Positions 8,416-14,977 of a stretch of DNA of 41,780 nt are shown here, piece by piece. This DNA comes from an uncultured Candidatus Marinamargulisbacteria bacterium. GTDB lineage: Bacteria > Margulisbacteria > Riflemargulisbacteria > GWF2-35-9. Position 1 is the first letter of the stretch; each line of letters begins with the position of its first letter. The stretch is taken from positions 1-41,780 of the forward strand of contig CAIUUT010000133.1 in assembly GCA_903902445.1 (NCBI GenBank), read 5' to 3'. The notes below the pieces were generated by a model. That model was not told the origin of the DNA. It did no database searches and saw only the letters and a program-made list of their open reading frames with translations. Made by a program: the position numbers and the translations under genes.

Positions 8416-8850
8416 CTATTTGCCTAAATTCATTATGGTTTGAGCCGCCTGCTTGGCAGAGTTAAACACGGCCGCATTGGCTTCATACAAACGGCGAGTT
8501 AGCGCCATATTCACCAACTCCGTAGACAACGAGTTGTCTACTACATAGACATATCCCTCGTCATCCGATTCAGGATTGGAGGGGTCATATAACTTTTGTA
8601 CCGTATCGGTTCGCTCTTCCACTCCAGACACGTAAGGGGTGTTATTTTCTTTATTGGTTTTCACTATCACTTGTTTCTGTTTGTATATCTGACCATCACT
8701 GGTCTTAGCGGTGCTGAGATTGGCTACATTTTCGGCAATAACCTCTAGCTTTTTTTGCTGGACAGACATCCCCGACCTAGCAATATTAATGACCTCAAAA
8801 ACATCCCCCCAACATAAGGCCGTAATTACTAGGAGGAGGAGGACTTTCAT
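8416..8850 (-). CDS. flgC: Proximal rod protein FlgC with N-terminal signal-peptide-like extension
   Basis: SGM...VIAENVAN, YDPSNPESDDEGYV, RLYEAN motifs. The start overlaps the flgB stop (TAATG). Confidence 0.88.
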   Translation of the reverse strand: MKVLLLLVITALCWGDVFEVINIARSGMSVQQKKLEVIAENVANLSTAKTSDGQIYKQKQVIVKTNKENNTPYVSGVEERTDTVQKLYDPSNPESDDEGYVYVVDNSLSTELVNMALTRRLYEANAAVFNSAKQAAQTIMNLGK

Positions 8851-9149
8851 TAACCTTTTCCCAAGGTTACAACTTTTCTTAAAATCTTCAATTTCGAGGA
8901 CATTAACTGGGCGTAGGATGTCATTTTTAGGTTATTTTCGGCCAACTTAGACAGCTCATTATCTAACAGCGCTTGCTTATCCGTTATTTTGGATTGAGCT
9001 TTATCTAGTTCGGTCTGAAAACTCTTGTAATTGTTGGACTCAATGTTGGCAATATTTTGAGCAATCGCCTTGTGACGGTTGGACGTTTCTTTGATGGCTT
9101 TTTCTAAACTATCAAAGGTCGAGCCATAAACGACATTATCTATTTCCAT
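8850..9149 (-). CDS. flgB: Short proximal rod protein FlgB (99 aa)
   Basis: RHKAIAQNIANIESNNYK and ELSKLAENNLK motifs. The ATG at 9149 overlaps the fliA stop (TAATG), preferred to the track start at 9161. Confidence 0.82.
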   Translation of the reverse strand: MEIDNVVYGSTFDSLEKAIKETSNRHKAIAQNIANIESNNYKSFQTELDKAQSKITDKQALLDNELSKLAENNLKMTSYAQLMSSKLKILRKVVTLGKG

Positions 9150-9919
9150 TAAACAGTCCAACTTTTCTTTAGTTTATTTGATAACTTGTTTTTTAGTTTT
9201 TCCAAGAGCTTCATGTGCAGTCTACTAATTTTACTTTTTGACATACTTAAAGCACTGGCTATTTCAATTTGGTTTTTATTTTCATAATAATACATTTTAA
9301 TTAACCTAAGTTCTTCAGGACTAAGTTCTTCTATACTTTCCTGCAAAAATATACGCTCATTGGTTCGTTCAATCCGATTTATGATTTCACTACTAATATC
9401 ATCTTTTCTTAAGCTATTTGGAACATTTTCGATATTATCCAAAGATAAAAGGTAGACAATGGCCGAATTGGAAATGGCCGACTGTAGAACAGTATCTTTT
9501 TCTTCTTCACTTTGCGGATTGGTTTCCTCATATAGGTTTTTAGCGATCTCATTCATCTTTTCCGTAACTTTGTCACGATCCACTTTTCGCGTATAGTTCG
9601 GATTGCGAATCTTCCATTCTTTACGGATGTAATCTAAGACTTCCCCTCGAATACGGTAGGAGGCGTAAGTTTTAAACAAAGTTCCTTTGTCGTTTTTATA
9701 GTTCTTCCAAGCTTTAACGAGGCCTTCGTATCCATAACCCATTAAATCGTCAAATTCTAGTCCTGGGGGCAAATTACTGGAACTAAAAATAGAGGCCACC
9801 ACCGTACGAACTAACTTTAAATACTCGTCCATTAACTCTGGAGGAATAGACTCTTGTTGTTTTTCTGTCTCCATCGCCCGTAATTGGGGATTAAATTCTT
9901 TGATTTGGATTTCTTCCAT
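9149..9919 (-). CDS. fliA: Sigma28/FliA-WhiG family sigma factor
   Basis: Region 2 DDLMGYGYEGLVKA...FKTYASYRIRGEVLDYIR; region 4 LIKMYYYE...EIASALSMSKSKISRLH. Confidence 0.85.
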   Translation of the reverse strand: MEEIQIKEFNPQLRAMETEKQQESIPPELMDEYLKLVRTVVASIFSSSNLPPGLEFDDLMGYGYEGLVKAWKNYKNDKGTLFKTYASYRIRGEVLDYIRKEWKIRNPNYTRKVDRDKVTEKMNEIAKNLYEETNPQSEEEKDTVLQSAISNSAIVYLLSLDNIENVPNSLRKDDISSEIINRIERTNERIFLQESIEELSPEELRLIKMYYYENKNQIEIASALSMSKSKISRLHMKLLEKLKNKLSNKLKKSWTV

Positions 9920-9921
9920 TT

Positions 9922-10245
9922 TTATTTAATTCCTTCGGTATTAAAATCTAATAAATTGCTATCGATCATTTGTTGCGCCAATTGCTTTTTGAAAATATCA
10001 TTTACAATCATGTCCCCAGTTTCATTACTAAAAATGTTGGACTCACGGTCTTGTCCATTTTCGTTTTGCTCTGGTTCTACGCTATAGGTCATCTTAAAAT
10101 CACGAAGATAAATTTTTTCAATGAGCATCGCTAAAAACTGATTTTTAGCATCCTGTTGTGTCGTATTTTTATCTTGGTTATTTACATTCCCATAATTAAT
10201 TATACTGGAAGAATCAAAAAAAGTTAAAGGGTTAATATAGGTCAT
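9922..10245 (-). CDS. FlgJ-like rod-binding protein (no muramidase domain)
   Basis: Directly after flgI (TAATG overlap). AKNQFLAMLIE and DIFKKQLAQQM resemble the FlgJ rod-binding domain. Confidence 0.55.
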   Translation of the reverse strand: MTYINPLTFFDSSSIINYGNVNNQDKNTTQQDAKNQFLAMLIEKIYLRDFKMTYSVEPEQNENGQDRESNIFSNETGDMIVNDIFKKQLAQQMIDSNLLDFNTEGIK

Positions 10246-11282
10246 TAAATTACCTCAATTTCAGCCGTTATAGCGCCAGCTGCCTTAATAGCCTGCAAAA
10301 TAGAAATAAGAGTGGAAGGCTTTGTACCCAGAGCGTTCAACGACTTCACCAAGTCTGCCAAAGTATTTCCACTGGATACAATTTTAAACTGAGAATTTTC
10401 TTCTGTCACGTCTATGTTAACTGCATCACCTGCATCTTTAAGAATTTTTATGCTCACATCCCCGTAGTTTATTGCCACAGGAGAAATTTTAACTTTTTCA
10501 CCGATAACAATAATGCCAGTTCGTTCACTAACGACTATCTTAGCCACCGTATCGGGGACCACCATAATGTCCATAAGCTTGGCGATAAAATCCACTATAT
10601 TGTTTTTGGCGGTTTCGGATACTCTAACTTTTAAGGTTGAGGCATCGTAACTATCACAAAATGCCAAACCAGACTTTTCGATGGCAAAAGCCATGCGAGC
10701 AGAGGTAATAAAATCTTGATTATTAAGAACCAAAGTTAAAATATTATCTTGGCTTAATTTTACGGGGATTTCTTTCTCAACGATTCCTCCATTCGGGATT
10801 ATGCCTCGGTTAGGCTCTATGCTTCTATATTTTGTTTCTCCAGACTCCGCGGAAATACCACCAATCGTTATATTTCCCTGAGCCGTAGCATAGGTTTTGC
10901 CATCAGGACCAAGAAGATTTGTTAACAGAAGCGTTCCACCTCTTAAAGAGTAGGCATCGCCCACCGAGGATACGTTAATATCAATTTTTTGACCTTGTTT
11001 ATTAAAGGGTGGCAATTCAGCCGTCACCATAACTGAGGCAATATTTCGACTTTTAATGTCTCCTGGATCGGGGGAAAGCCCCATTTTCTTCAATAAGTTT
11101 AACATCGATTTATAGGTTACAAGTACTTGCAAAGAATCTCCCGTATTAGTAAGGCCTACCACCAAACCATAGCCCATGATTCTGTTGGGTCGTGCATCTT
11201 CGATATAGGCCAGCTCTTTAATACGTGTTTCCAGAGGATAAGCCAAGCAACCAATAATAAAAAGTATTAATATTTTTTTCAT
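10245..11282 (-). CDS. flgI: Flagellar P-ring protein FlgI
   Basis: Signal peptide; RIKEL...NRIMGYGLVVGLTNTGD, VMVTAELPPF, SLRGGTLLLT, ILQAIKAAGAI. Confidence 0.95.
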   Translation of the reverse strand: MKKILILFIIGCLAYPLETRIKELAYIEDARPNRIMGYGLVVGLTNTGDSLQVLVTYKSMLNLLKKMGLSPDPGDIKSRNIASVMVTAELPPFNKQGQKIDINVSSVGDAYSLRGGTLLLTNLLGPDGKTYATAQGNITIGGISAESGETKYRSIEPNRGIIPNGGIVEKEIPVKLSQDNILTLVLNNQDFITSARMAFAIEKSGLAFCDSYDASTLKVRVSETAKNNIVDFIAKLMDIMVVPDTVAKIVVSERTGIIVIGEKVKISPVAINYGDVSIKILKDAGDAVNIDVTEENSQFKIVSSGNTLADLVKSLNALGTKPSTLISILQAIKAAGAITAEIEVI

Positions 11283-11321
11283 AATTTTCTCATTAAATCA
11301 TTCAACTCTAAATATATACCC

Positions 11322-11357
11322 AACACTCACATTCACTCTTCACTCTTCACTTTTAAC
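11322..11357. repeat. Short degenerate heptamer tandem repeat (TTCACTC-like)
   Basis: acactcacattcactcttcactcttcacttttaact in the flgH-flgI spacer. Confidence 0.5.
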
Positions 11358-11367
11358 TGTTTACTAG

Positions 11368-11973
11368 TTATAGCAACCAATCAAATATGCGCCCCAGAAA
11401 CCCTTTTTCCTGTCCGCTGGTTACATTTCCATAACCTTTAATTTTCAAAACAGCATCAGAAATTAGCGAAGAAGGAATGGTGTTGTCGGCTTGAATGTCG
11501 GCAGCTCGAATAACCCCTTCCATACTGATTTCTTCTTCTTCATTATTGATAATTATTTTTTTGCTGCCCCTAATGGAATATCGCCCCTCTTCAACTTTAT
11601 AGATAACCGCTGTTAACTGGGCTTGCAACTTGCTGCTTCTGCCGACAGTGCCACTACCCGTAAAGTTATTATTGGCATTGTAACCTGCTTTTCCCTGACT
11701 TTGAGCGGATTGATTGAGATTCATGTATTGAGCTACCTGAGACCAATTTAAGTTGGCATCTCCTGCTAACTGCGTGTTTTTCTTAAGGTCGGTTTGAGAT
11801 TTCTGTGTAGCGGTATTGCTCTCATCAATTTTAATAAGAACGATATCCCCTACATTTCTCGCCAAGGCTGGCCCATAGGGTGAAACATTATCTTCCGTCC
11901 ACAGTGACCCGCTAAATGCACAGGACCAAATAAAAGTAACCATAATAAATAGTGGAAAAACTTTATTCATCAT
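11368..11973 (-). CDS. flgH: Flagellar L-ring protein FlgH
   Basis: Signal peptide then GSLW; ARNVGDIVLIKIDE, IRGSKKIIINNE, GVIRAADI..DNTIPS; C-terminal GFLGRIFDWLL. Start uncertain (11970/11973/11979). Confidence 0.92.
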   Translation of the reverse strand: MMNKVFPLFIMVTFIWSCAFSGSLWTEDNVSPYGPALARNVGDIVLIKIDESNTATQKSQTDLKKNTQLAGDANLNWSQVAQYMNLNQSAQSQGKAGYNANNNFTGSGTVGRSSKLQAQLTAVIYKVEEGRYSIRGSKKIIINNEEEEISMEGVIRAADIQADNTIPSSLISDAVLKIKGYGNVTSGQEKGFLGRIFDWLL

Positions 11974-11989
11974 TTTCAAAACCCCAATT

Positions 11990-12140
11990 AATTCCGCTTG
12001 TTCTGACGCCCCCGTCTGGCCCCCTTAGTCCCCAATTTCAAGTTCTCGTTTTAGCCGCACAATTGTGCGCATCGGCGAATGATTATTCTCCGCAACGATG
12101 TTCTTAGCAAAGCCAGCATCCCTCGTATCGGCGGAACTTG
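11990..12140 (-). ncRNA. ssrS: Probable 6S RNA
   Basis: About 150-nt GC-rich segment folding as a rod: closing stem AGUUCCGC/GCGGAAUU, stem CUGGCUUU/GGGGCCAG (G-U pairs favour the minus strand), central bubble, UCGUU/AACGA and terminal hairpins. The 3' segment CUUGAAAUUGGGGACUAAGGG resembles the CUUGAA..GGG..AAGGG of E. coli 6S as I recall it. Confidence 0.6.
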
Positions 12141-12141
12141 G

Positions 12142-12501
12142 CTAGCTACTGGCTTTCTGTACTATGTTTTTTTCGTCTACTAAAACCACTTTCGGCTTAA
12201 AAGTTCGCGCCTTTTTCGCTTTAATGATGCCATAAGCAATAATAATTACCTTATCTCCTGGCACTGCAAGCCGTGCTGCGGCGCCATTCAATACTATTTC
12301 ACTATCCTTCTTACCACGAATAACATAAGTTACAAAACGTTCAGCGTTATTTACATTTACTACATGTACCTGCTCAAATTCATTTATTCCCGCTAAATCC
12401 ATGAGTTTGGAATCTATGGTAATACTACCTTCATAATCTATGTTCGTATCCGTGACCGTAGCACGGTGTATTTTTGACTTACAGACCGTTATTTCCACCA
12501 A
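12142..12501 (-). CDS. panD: Aspartate 1-decarboxylase
   Basis: [10 protein letters not shown], self-cleavage site YEG|[20 protein letters not shown]. Confidence 0.96.
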   Translation of the reverse strand: MVEITVCKSKIHRATVTDTNIDYEGSITIDSKLMDLAGINEFEQVHVVNVNNAERFVTYVIRGKKDSEIVLNGAAARLAVPGDKVIIIAYGIIKAKKARTFKPKVVLVDEKNIVQKASS

Positions 12502-12614
12502 AAAATCCTTTCTTAACTAAAATATTGCTCGTTTACTAGCTCCCCAGTAATAATGATATTGCGGGGACTTTTGTTTCGTAAATTTTCTACTACTTTCAGA
12601 TTTCGATACTGGCT

Positions 12615-13268
12615 CTAGATTTCAAGCCTCACTTCTACATTGTGACTATCAATAACTATAGCATCTAAGATTTTCTTAGTCTTCTCGTTTAACACTTTAA
12701 TTCTACTACCAATAGTCCCATTTTTCAATGCAGTCCCTGGAACGGTAATAGCGATTAACTTGTAACGTAAATTTATAAAACAAGGCTGCTGATTGAAGAT
12801 AACCGGCTCTTCTTTTAAGTCGGTGTCCTGAAAAAAGTCATCCCGTTTTTTATTAAAACGACTTATGCTGTTGATAATTTTGGAACTGTCGGTTATGACA
12901 AAGGTGGAGACCTTATCGAGTCTTACCCAGTCTAAGCGGAGATTTTGAGAAACTATTTTATCTCCAGGCTTAAGTGCGCCAACACAAACCGGCACTTGTT
13001 GTTGCGCCTCCAAAACATAGTCTAAATTGCCAATAAAGCGCTCTTGCCTCAAGAGCTTCAAACTATTGAAACCATAGGCATAGCTATCAGGGTAAGTGAC
13101 AGTATCCGCTGATGATATTTGCAATTTGTTCAAATTTTGATATTGAATTGAATAGGTTACCACTTTACCCTGTGCTGAAAAATACTCCGTAATCTTTTGA
13201 GGTAAATCAACTTTAAACGCCGAAAAAGATAAACAGGTTACAGCAAGGAACGCAACAAAGCTACGCAC
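12615..13268 (-). CDS. flgA: P-ring chaperone FlgA (SAF domain)
   Basis: Signal peptide; C-terminal ITVPGTALKNGTIGSRIKVLNEKTKKILDAIV; start overlaps the end of flgG. Confidence 0.82.
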   Translation of the reverse strand: MRSFVAFLAVTCLSFSAFKVDLPQKITEYFSAQGKVVTYSIQYQNLNKLQISSADTVTYPDSYAYGFNSLKLLRQERFIGNLDYVLEAQQQVPVCVGALKPGDKIVSQNLRLDWVRLDKVSTFVITDSSKIINSISRFNKKRDDFFQDTDLKEEPVIFNQQPCFINLRYKLIAITVPGTALKNGTIGSRIKVLNEKTKKILDAIVIDSHNVEVRLEI

Positions 13269-14055
13269 GCGCTATATCGCTGGCTGATTTAAGCATGTTT
13301 TCACCAGACTGAATGGCTTTCGTTATGATATCAAAAGCTCTTTGCGTAATAACCATCTCCATCATCTCTCCGATGATATCAACGTTACTCGATTCTAAGG
13401 AATATTGAGAGATGGTACCAAAATTTTCTTGTCCCGGAATACCCGTCACAGCCTCACCCGATGCTACGGTTTGTTTATATAAATTGCCACCAATGCTTTC
13501 TAACCCCGAGGGATTTACAAACTTGGCCAGCTGTATTTGCCCCACAAGTCTTTCTTGTGTTTCTTGGTTAAGGGTAACAAACAAATTGCCGTCCGAGGCA
13601 ATTCGCACAGTTTGAGTATTATTGGGTATGACAATTTGTGGTTGCAAAATATTACCATTAGCGTCTACCAAGTTTCCTTCACTGTCTCGACTTAGGTTAC
13701 CCGCTCTGCCGTAGGCGACGTCTCCGTTGGCCGTTTTATAAGACAGAAACCCTTCACCGTTAATGGCAATATCGAACTCATTATTGGTGACGGCAATGGT
13801 TCCTTGGCGAAAATCCTTAGGGGTGGACACGATGCGAACACCAGCTCCAAGTTCAATTCCTGCTGGCTTACCAGCAGCTTCTGATTCTTTCTTGGCAATG
13901 GCTTTTTCTAAGACTTGAGGAAAAATATTTTCCAATTCCGTGCGGGTCGATTTATAACCTACTGTTTTGGAGTTGGAGACATTATTGGTAATATTTACCA
14001 TTAGCTTCTCAAAGGTAGACATCCCAGAGGCGCCAACATAAAATTCTCTTAACAT
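13261..14055 (-). CDS. flgG: Distal rod protein FlgG
   Basis: GASGM..NNVSNSKTVGYK, DIAINGEGF, FVNPSGLESIGGNLY, LESSNVDIIGEMMEMVITQRAF. Confidence 0.92.
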   Translation of the reverse strand: MLREFYVGASGMSTFEKLMVNITNNVSNSKTVGYKSTRTELENIFPQVLEKAIAKKESEAAGKPAGIELGAGVRIVSTPKDFRQGTIAVTNNEFDIAINGEGFLSYKTANGDVAYGRAGNLSRDSEGNLVDANGNILQPQIVIPNNTQTVRIASDGNLFVTLNQETQERLVGQIQLAKFVNPSGLESIGGNLYKQTVASGEAVTGIPGQENFGTISQYSLESSNVDIIGEMMEMVITQRAFDIITKAIQSGENMLKSASDIARA

Positions 14056-14342
14056 TTTTTTATTCCCCCGCTTCTCTATAACTAATATTAATCATGTATT
14101 ATCATGGGTCAATACCCAATATTAAACGCTACATCTCTATTCTTAACATTGCAAGATATTGGCAAATAAACCCATACCCTCATATTAAAGTGTACTTAGC
14201 TACTATTTACTTGGCAATACTTTTAGAATATTTCTATGGGGGAAATATTGTATTTGACTGATGTTATCCTCGCGTTGCCCAAGACATGCGAAGCCTCAGG
14301 CTGAAAGCCAAGATTAAGAAATATTTTTTCTTACCAGAAACA

Positions 14343-14873
14343 TTAAAATAAGCTTATTTTTCCTTTGAAATACTCGATTTCTTTTATATCTACCCAACCA
14401 TCTGAATTTCTGTCTAGAAGTGCGTCTTTCTTTGTCTTTACAGCAAAACCTCGCCGACGAATTTTCATGTTTGGAGAAGTTACGTTTCCATCTACACCCA
14501 GAGACTCAACCTGCACATCAACGCTAGCTATTTCATTTTCTAAGGCACCTGCAAAAAGTAGTCTTAAATTTTCTGTTTTAAGTGTATCTTTTTCTTCTAG
14601 AACAACTGTTAATTCGGTATCAGCATGATTTATATTAAAGTGCATTTCGATATATCCAGGGAAATTTTTGTTTTTCCTATCTTCCACAATCAGCGTTCTA
14701 CTGGGGTCATCTGTGCGGATATCGGCTTTTGGCATTTCCTTTTTGAATAAAATTAGCGCTTTGTTATAAAGTGTATTGGCATCCATATCTTTAATAATTA
14801 TGAGTTTATCTTCACCACAACCCACAAGGAAAGAAGCAAGCACTAATAACATTGAAAACAGGAAATATCTCAT
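14343..14873 (-). CDS. Lipoprotein with C-terminal EF-hand-like loop
   Basis: Lipobox LVGC; DRNSDGWVDIKE matches DxNxDGxxDxxE. Confidence 0.75.
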   Translation of the reverse strand: MRYFLFSMLLVLASFLVGCGEDKLIIIKDMDANTLYNKALILFKKEMPKADIRTDDPSRTLIVEDRKNKNFPGYIEMHFNINHADTELTVVLEEKDTLKTENLRLLFAGALENEIASVDVQVESLGVDGNVTSPNMKIRRRGFAVKTKKDALLDRNSDGWVDIKEIEYFKGKISLF

Positions 14874-14977
14874 AGTTAAAAGTATACAAACTTTATGCTT
14901 AAAGCGCTAGATGAGTGAATGAGCTGTTTGAGTTATTCATCATACTAGGGATTATCCACTATTTCAGGATATTAGAA

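Noticed and set aside
8796-8810. Out-of-frame ATG TTT near the canonical flgC start, suggesting a sequencing indel
   Set aside because: The G-run abuts that ATG with no RBS spacing, while the upstream start is coupled to the flgB stop and encodes a coherent signal peptide. This cannot be fully excluded without reads.
9922-10245. FlgD hook-cap call from the KNQFLAML motif
   Set aside because: It lacks the FlgD QDP..P motif; the position after flgI and the QLAQQM segment fit FlgJ better.
12125-12133. GCCGATAC as a sigma28 promoter for flgH
   Set aside because: It lies in the paired 5' arm of the probable 6S RNA and has no -35 element.
14266-14320. GC-richer patch with a GGCT-GAAA-GCC hairpin upstream of flgG (possible riboswitch or REP remnant)
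   Set aside because: Too short, no second copy, and no recognisable aptamer consensus.
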